A DNA stretch of 64,000 bases, taken from NCBI RefSeq assembly GCF_006345805.1, contig NC_042997.1, forward strand, positions 54,064,001 to 54,128,000, read 5' to 3'. The notes beneath the pieces are model-generated. The model saw nothing but the letters and a program-made list of their open reading frames with translations, was not told the origin of the DNA and searched no databases. A program made the translations under genes and the position numbers. Positions 36,801 through 49,542 of this stretch are shown one piece after another; position 1 is the first letter of the stretch; every line of letters starts with the position of its first letter. This DNA is from Octopus sinensis. Taxonomy: Eukaryota.

Positions 36801-38200
36801 TACAATGCATCTCTACTGGTACTACTTTTATTATTTCTCAAATCCTAGATAAACTTAAAATTACTTATTGATACCATTAAAATGTACTTCCGATAGTGTT
36901 TAATAATATTTCAAAAGTTGTTGTTATCCTCCACCCCCTTTTTGTCTTAAATTTATCAATAACTTTGAACTTTGGTAAGTTATTATGAAATTCTTTTAGA
37001 AGCACCGTTACAATGACCTTAAACTGAAACTGATTGGGGTTTTTGTTGATTTTTAGATGTAAAAAAATAGTGATTTCGATTTGTTTAGGTAATTATAAGT
37101 TACAAATGTTTTCTGTGGTTATTAAAAAAAAGAAAACTAAGCGCGCGTTCAGTTTCCAGTATTAAGTGGCGGTTAAAGTGCAAACTGAATATTGTCTTAC
37201 AACTTTTTGAATACCGTCTCGATATATATTGATGCACATTTTAAAACTTTTAAATGTAATTGATAATATTAATTAACTTTGTTTTTTTTTCCTAGTTATT
37301 TTCTTTTACTATCAAAATAATTGGTTAAAATTGGATTTTAAAAAAAAAAACAGGTCTGATTTTATTTTAAATATGAAATACATAATTACAATGTGAAACT
37401 CAGTTTTCGGTGGGGGTTTTTTTATGTTAAATTCTATAAATTCTGTTTTGTTTGAATATAGAAATATAATTTCCTATATCATCACAAACCATCTGCAAGC
37501 AATATAAATATTTTTTTTTTGTATTGATTACTTTGCAAAATAGGACAGTGCCCGTAGTCTTTTCAAACTCTCCCAGAGCCTTAGTGTTATAGCGATCGTA
37601 GTTTTAATGCGCTTCATGTTCGTTCAGTATCATAGCAGATAAGTATTTGGAGGGAAAACCGTGGCAAAGTACGCTTACAAACAGAAGTAGCTAAAGGAAC
37701 GAAGGATTGGATGTTTTTAAACATTGTCGATGACATTTATATGAGAGGTGTGTACATAGAGCTAGTATGGACGTGAGCTGTATAGAGTGGGTCTTGAACT
37801 TCAAAAGAGCATGCCATTCTAATAGTAATAGAAAAGGTATATCACGACCGAGTGCTGTAAATGTTCCAAGCTAATATCTTGGCGAATGGCCATTTTGGCC
37901 GTGGTGCATAAAAAATGTTAATGACAGGCTTCCCTATGGAGCGTATTTGTGAACTCATAATTTGAGCAGCTGTTCAGTGAGAGAATATATCGTCATTTCT
38001 TTGTCATAAAACTTTCTAAAATCTCGAATTTATAGAGGTGTGTGGTGATTTTACTTGCGTGTTCGTGATTAGCGAAGGTGCCTTATGTGTGCATACGATG
38101 AAGTGTAGTTATTTGAATTTAATTTATTGAAATACGAAGTATTTACATAATGTGATTGGATGTCAGCTGCACCCTAATACGTATAGCTGAAAGGTGACAA
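33900..38200. promoter_or_regulatory. CpG-retaining promoter region, probably bidirectional; likely BRPF1 promoter
   Basis: CpG is frequent here and scarce in the flanking non-TE DNA. Motifs: ACAGGAAGTG (ETS-like, 36058), AACATGGC (YY1-like, 36095), TGCGCATATGCA (NRF1-like, about 36493), CTTCCGG (36511), GCGCGCG (37141). The plus strand is A-rich left of about 36 kb and T-rich right of it. Confidence 0.6.
34337..34412 (-). other. Candidate non-coding 5' UTR exon of BRPF1
   Basis: Strong acceptor atttcatttcttcttgtag| and donor AAG|GTAACA (alternative ATG|GTAAAA 11 nt further), lying inside the CpG-retaining region upstream of the ATG exon. No transcript evidence. Confidence 0.4.
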
Positions 38201-40129
38201 CGAGAAGATCATTAATGACAATAGGAGAGTTTTTAAATTATATAACAGCTTTAAAGTGAACCCTAGTCGATAGATTATAATTATCAGCATAAGCTGCAAT
38301 GTGAGCGATTAATGATAGGTAGAGCTTGGTTACCATATTCTGATATCCTTAACTTTATGTAAGGAAGAAGACTATCTTGCATAGGTATGGAACTATAGAG
38401 TCAGCAGAAAAAACAGTTTTATGCTAGTGGAACTATGATAAATAGAATCAAAGTACTTATTTTATCGTTAATTTAATGAAAAGTAAAATGGATCTTTAGG
38501 AAATGAAATTCAGAAAAGTCAGACATCAATCTTTATAGTGGAAAACATCGTGTGTGGCTCAATAGTTTCTCCGCCATCTCCGACAGGAATAGACATAGCA
38601 ATGGTAAAATATAAAAAGTACAAACTTTTTTTATATATATATTTTGCAAGGTGAAACACCTGATATTTTTTAATGAATTTCACTCAGATCCGAGGAAGCT
38701 GAAAATGATTTGCATCGTGCAAAAATAATACGAATATTTGAACACCAACTGATATTTGACCTTTTTCCAATATGCTAGTGGGGTGACAAGCACTTATAAT
38801 GGCTAATGCCAGATATCCTTGTAAAAGTTACCATATTGTAAAGGTAATTAACAAAACAAAAAGCAAAAACAACATAGAAGGAACACGTTTTTACAAATAT
38901 TGTATTAGTTTTACACAAAAAGGGGAAAGAGTTTTAACATTTTAGACACAAGTTCTTCATCAGGAGAGAAGAGATGGAGGAATATGAAAGGGAAAAGTTG
39001 AAAAAAGGAAAAAACAGGTGAGGGGCAAGAAGGCCATGTCAGAATGCGATTCTATGGAAGGAAAGGAATGGTAAACATGCACATGTATGGGAGTGTGTCC
39101 ATGTTTTGAAATGAGCCTAAGTGGGATGAGTGCTGCATGGTGTACAGTTGTGAAAACACAGAAGCATAGTGACATGGCTTAGTTGGGGTGTTGGTATGTG
39201 AGAGGAAAACATGGAAGTAATGAGTTTGGAATGGGCAAGTGTGCAGTAAAAAAGGTGACAGAAGTCTATGTAAAAGTATGGACGTGCATGTGCCATTATA
39301 ATGTAGAAGTTATGGAGAAAAGAGAGGAAGGTGGGTTGCAATACAATACTGGTTCAAAAAATAGTTTTGTGGGGAAAGAAAATTATTGAATCACATTGAC
39401 AAGCAAAAGGAAGATGATAGAGGTGGGCATAATGCGTATAAATGGAAGGGAGAAGAAAAGAACAGTTATAAGGATGAACAGTGAGTTCAGAGAAATGAGG
39501 AAAAATTGGCGGGAAAAAATAAAGAAAAAATAAAATACTGGTGAAAAGTCCAAGAAGATATGTAACTGGTGCAATCACCAGGGGTGGTGGAAAAGAACTC
39601 CAAAATATGGTGAGGAGCTGATAATGGAAAATTTGCAAGGTGGTATACGTAGGCAACTGATAGTTGTGTGAATATGTGACAGAGGTTAAGGCATAGTGAA
39701 AGAGAGGAAAAAGAGCAAGTTTTGAGAGTCCAAAGATGGTGAAAGTGCTAAGTCCACAAAGAAAAAAAAAGTGGAGAAATCAGCCAAACAGAGTTTTGTC
39801 GAATGTATGGCTTGGAAAAGTCAGATGGTGGAGGGAAAAATGACAAAGGAAAAAGAAATCTCAGACAGAAGAAAGGTAAAAGGATAAGAAGAATGTGAAG
39901 GTATGTGCATGAAAAAAGAAAATTTAGACCAAAAGGCTTATATGTTTAGAGAGCATATATTATCATCACATGTCTGTTTTCCATGCTGGCATGGGTTGGG
40001 TGGTTTGACAGGAGCAGGTAATGCAGAGGACTGCACCAAGCTCCAATATCTGGTTGGTAATGGTAAAATTGTTTGAGAAAATTAATGTATTCATATGCAA
40101 AAGGAGTGGAAATCATAATGATTATGTGA

Positions 40130-40203
40130 TACTATAGCAAAATCTATAAGAACTATATCATACTATAGCAAAATCTATAAGGACTATATTGTACTATAGC
40201 AAA
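40130..40203. repeat. 31-bp tandem repeat, 2.4 copies
   Basis: tactatagcaaaatctataag(a/g)actatat(ca/tg). Confidence 0.85.
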
Positions 40204-40777
40204 TTCACTAAAAGAATACTGGACAATTTGAGAGTGATAATGACAAAGCTATAAGGAATGTGATGGTATCAATGACAGTGACAGCAAAACTCAGATATTG
40301 ATAAAAGTATTATCAAATAGATTACAAGACTGAGATATGGTATACAGAAGGCATTTGAAAATATCATGGACAACACAAGATCAGTGAAGAAGTAGTAAGA
40401 ATAGCAAAATACAGAAAACCTCATTAATTACCATCAAATAAAAAAGTAAATAAAATATTTGGGCCACTGAATTAGAAAAATGGATTACAAAATCTTTTAA
40501 TAGAAAGCTAAATGGGAAAGGAAGAAGGGGAACCAACAATGACATAGATGGTTAATATCAAGAAATGGACAAACTTAAAATACAGTGAATATACTGAGGA
40601 GAGCATAAGGATATGCTGAAAGTGGACAATGCCTGATGGTGATGGTGACAATAATGTGTACATGTGCATTAACAACATATATATTCTCAACAATCTCTTT
40701 TTACGAACAGTATTGAAAAGTTTCAACAAGAAAAGCAAATAGTTAAGAGTGGTGAGCTAAAAAGAATCTTAAATTTA

Positions 40778-40958
40778 TTAAACCGGCCATATCCGGCCAA
40801 AAGTATTCTGCCTGTTTTACACCAGCCCTACAATGTCGTTTAAAAAATTAACAGCTACCTCATCAAAATCTCATAGCACCAAGATAATGCCTGATTAGTT
40901 CAAGGCAATGTGGATAAAAAAGGATTAATTTTGGCAGAATAATGCGAACACTAAAGGG
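40778..40958. mobile_element. piggyBac-type MITE of the same family, left TIR lost
   Basis: aaaccggccatatccggcc...cactaaaggg|ttaa, homologous to 62268-62488. Confidence 0.7.
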
Positions 40959-42854
40959 TTAAATGAATGAGAAGAATAAAAATCATTAATATCGGTTTCA
41001 AATTTTGGCACGAAGCCAGCAATTTTGGGAGGGGGTTAAGTTGATTACATTGCCCCCCAGTGCTCAACTGGTTCTCAGTTTATCAACCCTGAAAGGATGA
41101 AAGACAAAGAAGAAGAAGAATCATTAATATTAATGACAATGTGTGTGTAATTTTAATTTACTAAATTTTTGATAATGCTACATTATGTATGTTTGCTCTT
41201 ACTTTTTTTAGATGTTTGTCATAAAGCAGGTATCTCTGAATATTTCCCCATGTTCAGTCATTTTTTAATGTTTTCATGCCACTCAAATTTTTATTCACTA
41301 ACACTCTAAATACTTCAGTTTTCATCTTTCACAAGACAAAGAGAATGGTTATTGTAGAGGCCAATACAAAAATAATATTTTCATCTATAGGTTGGGGAGT
41401 AGTACTCTGTTTCTGCTACAGTTCTAAAGAGAGTGAGAAAATCACTTGTAAGATTTTGCATTTCTCTGAGCAGTTTCCAAAGAATAAATTTAGGTGATTG
41501 CTTGTTCTTGATTCAGTGAAGGGCTTACAAGGTTTCCGTGTTGAATATAGTACTCTGGAGATCTCTAATATAGATTAATATATATAGTGCTCTTCTCTGA
41601 ATATACATCATCTCTTTCAGCTTGAAATTTACAGTGTCTGGTAAGGTTGTGTGGAATTGTAATTTAACATTTAGTTTCTTCATATGGTTGATGTTTTCCT
41701 GGTTCCAATTGTAGTGGAATCTGTTAAAAATTGTATTCTGCTGTTCAGTGAAGCTGCAATCAAGGGTAACTATTACCATATTGAAGTGAATGAAATTTAT
41801 AACATGGCTGAAGATTGAAAGTAAAATGAGGTTAATGAACAGAATAAGTTTTAGTTATTTACAGTCAAGTCAGAGAATTCAACTAGAAAATTTAAGAAAC
41901 TAGTTTTTCGGTATGTCCACTCACAAAATGGGCCTTCTTCAAATCTCAACTTTTAATTTTTAAAATTATAGCTGTAAAGAAAAAACACAACAAATCCAGA
42001 AATGGAAAATTTACTCACTGGATAAGTGCAATTTGTCCCTTGGAAGTAAAATTACCTCAGTATGGGAAACCAATCCTCTTTATGTTGAAACAAGTAGGAT
42101 GTCATGAAAAGACACTAGAAATAACAAACTCCATCAATGAAATTCAAACAAAAATTATTCCATCCAATAGAAGTGGTTCTAATTTTCCAATACATCTCAA
42201 ACATTTTACTTACAAAAAAAAAACTCTTGGAGAATTCATTAGAATATTTCCATTAGTGTTAATTGACTAATTTTCTGACTCATCTATAACCAATAAAAAA
42301 TAAATTGCTATATTAACTGAATTCATACTTTCCTGAGTAAATAAAAAATTAATTAACTGACAGAAACAATTCTTTGGCTTTTGATTAGACTTATATATTG
42401 AAGTATTTTACATCTTTTTCATTCTGCTAAATTAATTCACCAATTATTCTGTATTCCTGTTTCTTTTTTCTTAGAAGTGATTCCTCTAATGATAATATTT
42501 TATAGCTAAATAGAGTAGATGAATGATGTGATACAAATAATTAACTCCCACAAAGTGGGTAGGCATATTATTGCCTTTATTGTGATTCTTAAATAAAATA
42601 TATTATCTAATAAAAATTCACATTGAAACAAATAGTTCATGTTTATCTCATACTGAAGACAATCGTAACTTTGAGCTAATCAGAGGAAGTAAACAAAGCA
42701 ACACTTTCTGATAACTTCAAAACTTTAACAATAAATAATCAAGAACTAATTTTAAAACATTACTTCTATGACAGTATTTCCTGTTAGAATTTTTTTTAAT
42801 CCAATACATTAGACTAAGAGTATATTGTTATATCTTAGAGATATTGGGTACAAA

Positions 42855-43270
42855 TGTAGCTGTGTGGTTAAGAAGTTTGCTTTCTAACCATATGGTCTTG
42901 GGTTCAGTCACACTGTGTGGCAACTTGGGTAAGTCTTTCTGCTATAACTTTAGGCTGACCAAAGCCCTATGAGTAGATGTGGTAGACGTAAAATGAAAGA
43001 AGCCTGCCACATGTGTGTGTGTACACTAGTCTTAACATCATGTAAGGATTTTAAATGAGCATTATCACAATATGATGACCATAAATAAAGAACATCACTA
43101 AGTGGTGTTGTTTGTTTTTAGTCTTTCAAGAAAAGTATGTCTGGCAGTGGGAAAATAATACCTTGCCTGGAAACAAGAAGGGCATCCAGCCATAAAAAAA
43201 AAACCCTGTCTCAAGGAATTCCATTTGACCCAAACAAGCATGAAAAAGTGGATGTTAGACAATGATGATG
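42855..43270 (+). mobile_element. Composite SINE family D (decayed)
   Basis: Head gctgtgtggttaagaagtttgc, core, body gggaaaataataccttgcctggaaac, tail gatgttagacaatgatgatg. Confidence 0.7.
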
Positions 43271-44289
43271 GTTGTCTGATTAAATTTACTCTTTACTAAA
43301 GATCAGACTCTCAATTTCACTGAATTCAATTCAATTAATTGTACCCCTTTTCTCTTTAAATTTTAGCTAAGTTACAGTATTAGTCTGTAGCCCAACTGAT
43401 TTATCTGAGTCACTGATACCTTAGTTTTGCTATTGTGTTATTTCATCCATATGAGAAATTTATAATAGCAACAGACCAGCTTCTGTCATAAGGTTAAATG
43501 TTAACTGGGTTTGACAAGCGGACATGTCATATGGTTTCAAGTTTACTCTGTAGTTAATTTCAACAAAATAGTGTGTATTTAACTAAATTATATGCATAAA
43601 TAGTGTCTATTTATTACAAGGTTGCAATTTTTTAATAAGTCAATAAAAATTCAGTATTTGATTTGTGCATATTTTATGTAATCATATAAACATGTAAAAT
43701 CTGAGTATTAATATCAACTATAAACAGGTAGAAGTAGAAACATAAATAGGGATAATAGCATTAACAGAAGATGAAGGAAGACTGAATTACAAAAAATTCA
43801 AAACTACCCTGAATTCCTGAGATTAACATGACCAGCAAAAAGTTTAATAGAAAACATCTTTGCATGTCTCAAAAAAGATTTGGAAGGTTGGACAATGACA
43901 CCAAGACACTCAAGTGAATTAGTTTCAATTAGGAACAGTAGAAAGTGACAAAATAAGTCATAGTGACTCAGAAGTACATACAACTGAGCTAAATTGCCAT
44001 AGAATAGAAAAACATGTCAAACCAATCTGGAAGAAATAATCCAAATTTCAGCTAAAATAAAATGTCAACATAATTTGTGTTGTTCCTACAAAAACAAGAA
44101 TTGCTGCTATCAGAGAGCAAGATAAGTAAAACCAGCATATAGTATGCATAGACATAGGTATGGCTGCATGGTTAAGAAGTTGCTTTCATACCTACTTAGT
44201 TCCAGGTAGTATGGACAAGTGTCTTCTATAATAATATCCTTGAGTTGAACATGTCATGAATGGATTTGGGGGAAACTATGCAAAGTTTT

Positions 44290-44705
44290 GTATCTCTGCC
44301 GTAAGGCTTCATTTCCACACACGCCAGCTGAATTCAATTTGTCCTCAGTCGAAAGACACCTGTTGTTATGTCCTGTTATTATTATTATTATTATTTTTAT
44401 TGTATTTTGTATTCATCTGTTTTTCCGTCCTTGTTTTCGTATACATTCGATGCTTTCTTCCAAGGAATCTAATGCTCTTTCCTTAGTTTTTCCTTGGGAC
44501 TGGCCTGATTGGAGCAATCTCAAGATAAATCAGCCAAAATTGCGAGGATGATCCGGTTCTTGACTGAGGATAGAAAGCTTCGAATGATCCGTCCTTGTTT
44601 TTTTTTTGTATCGTCTATCTGGATGTTTTGTTGTCCCTTTTTGTATCACCTAGTTGTCCGGATGTTTTGCGTTCTTGTCCCATTTTGTATTTCATATATA
44701 TATTA
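44290..44705. mobile_element. Unclassified CpG-containing interspersed repeat (possibly a Penelope-like terminal segment)
   Basis: CpG-rich block bounded by (TTA)n and (TA)n with internal repeats (gatgatccg, ggatgttttg). Classification is recollection only. Confidence 0.35.
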
Positions 44706-45867
44706 ATGTTTGTTTTTATGTTCAGTTATAATAAAAACAATTTTACATTAATCTGAAGGATTACTCTATACATTTGTTGAGTACAAGTGTATTATTCTTT
44801 TAACAAGTGTAGTATTGACAGTGACTTCAAAGTTTTAGCCTGCTAAGCCATATTTATGTATGTATATACATCACATCATCATTGTTTTAACATCTACTTT
44901 TCCTTACTTGCATGGATCAGACGAAAATCAGTGAGGCAAATTTTCTATGACCAGATTTCCTTCCTGTCACCAACCTGCACCTATTTCATAAGAAGATAGC
45001 ATTTCCCCATGACTGGATATGTTTTTCGTGAAAATCTGGAAATGAAAGACAATGCTTGTATCACAGTGATGCTCATTTGCTACTATCAAGCAGTGTCAAG
45101 TCAACAACACACAAAATATTTTTTGATGGTTGATCTATGAGTGTCTTTGTGTTTGTGTTCCCCACCACCACTTGACAATTGGTGTTAGCGTGTTTACATC
45201 CCCATAACTTAGTAGTTCAACAAAAGTGATCAATAGAACTAGTACCTGACTTAAAAAATATGTACAGGGATTGATTCATTCAAATAAAATTCTTCAAGGT
45301 GTTGCCCCAGCATGGCCTCAGTCTAATGACTAAAACAAATAAAAGATAAACAATAAATTCCAGAAAACTGCTTGCTATCATTAAATATACAGAATACAGT
45401 TTTCGTTTTTGAAATAAAATTTCATGACAATAAGAGATTTAAATTAGATGATACGTATTCTTTTTAGATGTAATTTGATATATTGCCACAGTTTGCAAGT
45501 TGACTTCTTTATTCTGTATGGATATGCAAAATAAATAAATATTTTATTAGAAATAACTTTAAATAAATCATTATTATGAACATAACTTGCCAAAGTATAA
45601 CCCAAACCTAGAGAGATGAATTGCTCAGAATTGCCTGACAAACTAACTTTGAGTTTCAGTTCTTTTTTTAATCCTTTTACTGTGGAAAGCAAATGTATCC
45701 ACTCAAAATTTCATTACCCTTAACTACAGAAAGCAGTTTTATATACCAACCTACCTTTTATTGATGAATATCATGCTTGAAAATATTTTTGTGCAGGTGT
45801 GGCTGGGTGGTAAGAAGCTTGCTTCCCAATCACATGGCTCTGGGTTCAGTCCCACTGCATGACACCT

Positions 45868-46308
45868 TAGAGCATTTGAACCAAGCTTTAAAGAAAAAAA
45901 GACCTGCTTTAGTGAATCGAAAAAGAGTGATGTTTCATCAAGACAAAGTGTGACCCTACACTGCAAAGATCACATCACAGAAGATCAAAGAGCTTGGTTG
46001 GGAAAACATTCCTCATCCACCTTATTCTCCCAACCTTGTTCCTTCAGACTACCATTTGTTTCTTAGTTTAGAGAATCATCTGGGGGGACAAAACTATCGC
46101 AAGCCAAGAAGAAGTAAAAACTGACATTTCAGAGTTCTTCGCTTTGAAACCAAAAGACTTTTACATTGATGGGATTAAAAAGCTTGTAAATAGATGGAAG
46201 GAAGTCATAGATAATCAGGGAAAGTACATTGATGATTAAATTTCAATTAAATATAACACTTGTTTTCTTTATTCAAAATTCGGACAGAACTTATTGGATG
46301 ACTTGATA
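45868..46308 (+). mobile_element. Mariner transposon 3' fragment with right TIR
   Basis: KRPALVNRKRVMFHQDKV*PY...HPPYSPNLVPSDYHLF...RWKEVIDNQGKYIDD*; ends cggacagaacttattggatgacttgata|ta. Confidence 0.88.
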
Positions 46309-46608
46309 TATGGTGACAGGATGTAAAAGCACCCATGTGGCAAAACATAAAAGCGCCCATGCATTGCCATGTAAAATCATCCAGCACACTCTGTAAAGTG
46401 GTCAGCATTAAGAAGGACATCCAGCTGTAGAAACCATGCCAAATTAGAGAGGAGTTTAGTGCAGCTCCCCAGCAATGATCAAACCATCCAACCCATGCCA
46501 GCATGGACAACAGATGTTAAATGATAATGATGATGATGATGATACATACAAACATATCAAACAATAAGAATGGGTGCTCAACACTGCATTTGTAGGTAAA
46601 GATTCTTT

Positions 46609-46692
46609 ATTTGTGTATTAAGGCTACCATTAGTTTCATAATTGTTTAGGTATTCCTTAACATGAAACCAATGGTAGCCTTAATACATAAAT
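46609..46692. repeat. 84-nt inverted repeat (31-bp arms, 22-nt loop): MITE or pre-miRNA-like hairpin
   Basis: Arms 46609-46639 and 46662-46692 are 29/31 complementary. Confidence 0.85.
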
Positions 46693-47082
46693 TTATGTGT
46701 GTGGGGGTGTGTCTGTGTCTGTCCCACCACCACTGCTTGACAACTGGTATTGATGTGTTGTCCCCATAAATTAGCAGTTCAGCAAAACAGATCATTAGAA
46801 TAAATACCATGCTTAAAAAAAGAAATAAGTATTGAGGCTTGATTCATTCAACTAAAGATTCTTCAAGGTGATGCCCAGCATGGTCACAGTCTAATGAATG
46901 AAACTAGTAAAGGATATAAGATATGTCAAGTTTAATGAGACAACATGACTTGCAGAAAATATCAACTTTAGGTTTTGGTAGATCGTTATTGAAATAACCA
47001 TGAAATTTAATTTTGTGGTTAAAGGGCTAGCTTTATTAAATAATCAGAAATGAGACTGTACTCAAGGCCTATAAAGGCTCCC

Positions 47083-47370
47083 TTATCATCATCATCATCA
47101 TCATCATCATCGTTTAACGTCCGTTTTCCGTGCTAGCACAGGTTGGACAGTTCGACCGGGGTCTGGGAAGCCAGGGGCTGCACCAGGCTCCAGTCTGATC
47201 TGGCAGTGTTCCTACAGCTCGATGCCCTTCCTAACGCCAACCACTCCGTGAGTGTAGTGGGTGCTTTTTACGTGCCACCTGCACAGGTGCCAGAGGGGTC
47301 TGGCATCGGCCACGATCAGTTGGTGCTTTTTATGTGCCACCGGCACAGAAGCCAGTCGAGGCGGGGCTGG
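47083..47370 (-). mobile_element. Young RTE 3'-end fragment with a long (GAT)n tail
   Basis: CpG-rich and homologous to 31520-31760. Older copies at about 7455-7635, 22590-22705, 30875-31060, 39958-40065 and 59973-60172 (minus) and 25795-25970, 46312-46545 and 61079-61200 (plus). Confidence 0.85.
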
Positions 47371-47959
47371 GTTTGGTATAATTGACAAGATTGACAGTCA
47401 TTGTTCAGCTTGAAAATTTGCTGGAAAATGTCAAAAGAAGAATTCCAGAGGATTACATTTCTATGAAAGAGAGGCTGGGAGAACCTAGAGCTAGCTAGAC
47501 TTGAGGAGCAGAGAATAATGGGATATCAATAGAAGAAGCAAACAGAGAAAAACATAACATCTAAGAGCTTGTGGTTAAAGCCTGTTGGTGATTGAATCTT
47601 TGCCAATCAAATAACCTTGTTTTTGATGCAATCAAGGATTTTTGTGTATATAGCAGCAGCACTGTCTCATAGATGTGAACAAAGTTGAAAATGAATTTAA
47701 CTTGATTTTTCTAGAGGCTTAACAACTAATTAGAGCTAAAGTATCTCCTGTTTATCCTAATGTTATCATGTTTATAGAGTGCTATGGAAGATCATCCGAG
47801 ATAGCATGGACTAGAATTTGAAGCAAATTTGAGTTTTTGTTGTACTAATTATGGTTAGAATGTAACACACAATTGCTACACTTATGTTTATAAACTAGCT
47901 CTAGCAACTGAGAATTTGTACTGGTAGAAGAGATTATGTTGTCGTATCCTCATCTGTAT

Positions 47960-48290
47960 GTAGAAGGTTATGAACTTCAGGCTCACAATCATGAGGTAGT
48001 GAGTTCGATTCTTGGACCAGGATATGTGTTGAGTTCTTGAGCAAGACACTTTATTTTGCATTACTCCAGTTCACTCAGCTTTAGAAATAAGTTGCAACAT
48101 CACTGGTGCCAAGCTGTATCAGCCGTTGCCTTTGCGTTTCCCTTGGGTATCATTAGTGGTATGGTGAAGGGAGGTGGGTATGCATGGGTGACTGCTGATC
48201 TTCCATAAGATCAGACATTTTGTACCTCAGAAGGGAACTTTCTAGGTGCAACCCCATGGTCATTCATGACTGAAGGGGGTCTTTACCTTT
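47960..48290 (+). mobile_element. SINE family E, long-tail variant
   Basis: B box gagttcgattc, core gttcttgagcaagacacttt, tail ctaggtgcaaccccatggtcattcatgactgaagggggtctttacc. Confidence 0.75.
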
Positions 48291-49316
48291 TTTAATGGGA
48301 AATGAATTATAGTAAAGCTTCACAGAAGTGTGTCTTGTTAGAAAGAACACAAATAGGTATTAATTATGGAAAAAGAGCATGTTAGATATTACTGGACTTT
48401 GGAGTACAACAAAATTGAGACTGCGTACCAGAGTGAACCTTACTGGCAGAGTTGCACTGGTATGGTCAGATGGAAAATCTTCCCGTCAAAGAAATGAGAG
48501 ACGGATGTAAAACAGTGCAAGCAACTTAGTTGAGGAAGTACTAGTGAGTTTTGTGACATAATGCTGTGGGTCTCTGGCATTGGATTGCAGTGACTGGAGT
48601 GGTTTTTGCACTTGCTGACTGTGACTGGGGTGATACTGGGAGCATGAAAACTGAGAGTTCAGGAGGAGTTTTGTTGAGTGCAGTGTAGAAATGTGGAGGA
48701 AACAGTCAACAATACATGAATTTTTTTCAGTGGAAGTGCTGCTAACTGAACCGTCTTAGTTGAGGAAAAGTGGGCAGCTGGCTCTAAGAACCACATAAAA
48801 GCAATGACTTCTAATTTCAAGATATCAAAAACCTTTCCTAAGACCTTATATTTATAGACGACAGGAAACTGAAATTATGTAGCCTTCTTAGTTTTCTCAA
48901 GGGAAATTTACTGCAATTTAATGTGAATAAAACCTGTCATGAATATTTTTTTAGGAAAAGGGAGGAATTATTTGCAGCTATAGATTATCCCTTGTCTGCT
49001 TGTAGACGTGTAACAAAATTACTTTGAATTAATTGGATTAGTGAGGAAGCCTCTATATAATTGATCAGCTTGCTGGAAATACAGGCTAAATCTCCCTGAA
49101 ATTACAGTCGTTTACTTTCTTAAAAAAAAGAGACAGAAAAGAATGATATGGTTGAAATATCTTTTATTATAGGTCTGCTCTACATGTATGGCCTGGGACT
49201 AAAAAATTAATAACTTCAAATTAATATCACATTCAAAATAATCCTTATTTATAATTTTTCCTTATTATCACAAAATGTCTGATTGACATTGATATTCAGT
49301 GTTCAAGATGACATAC

Positions 49317-49400
49317 CATTTGGTCATATCCCCATCATGGTATCTTTCCTTCATCTGATTGGCAGACTCACACACCAACCACGCTGCAACTTCTGTTCTT
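49317..49400 (-). CDS. Candidate 84-nt symmetric phase-2 exon, RTEVAAWLVCESANQMKERYHDGDMTK
   Basis: Acceptor aactaatttag|, donor ATG|GTATGT, coding-like composition; only one frame is open and it matches the phase of exon 51668-51734. Confidence 0.35.
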
Positions 49401-49542
49401 CTAAATTAGTTAATTGCATATCACCTTTATTTAAGGATACACATCTCTTTAACCTCCTTTAACCACTCCCCTTTGTATTTCATCCATATACCTCTTTGCC
49501 CAAATGTTCCTTCATCCACATTTTTCCTGCAGATGTTGACTT

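Larger units (their letters stand above)
44155..46915 (+). repeat. Cluster of SINE A/D fragments (44155-44285, 44870-45110, 45130-45350, 45795-45867, 46693-46915)
   Basis: Head, core or 3'-half homology to families A and D. Further fragments at 33315-33366 (minus) and 55850-55985 (plus). Confidence 0.7.

Noticed and set aside
44560-44610. Hammerhead ribozyme (CTGAGGA...CGAAT...GTC)
   Set aside because: The GAAA core is mutated and no stem I complementarity could be built by eye.
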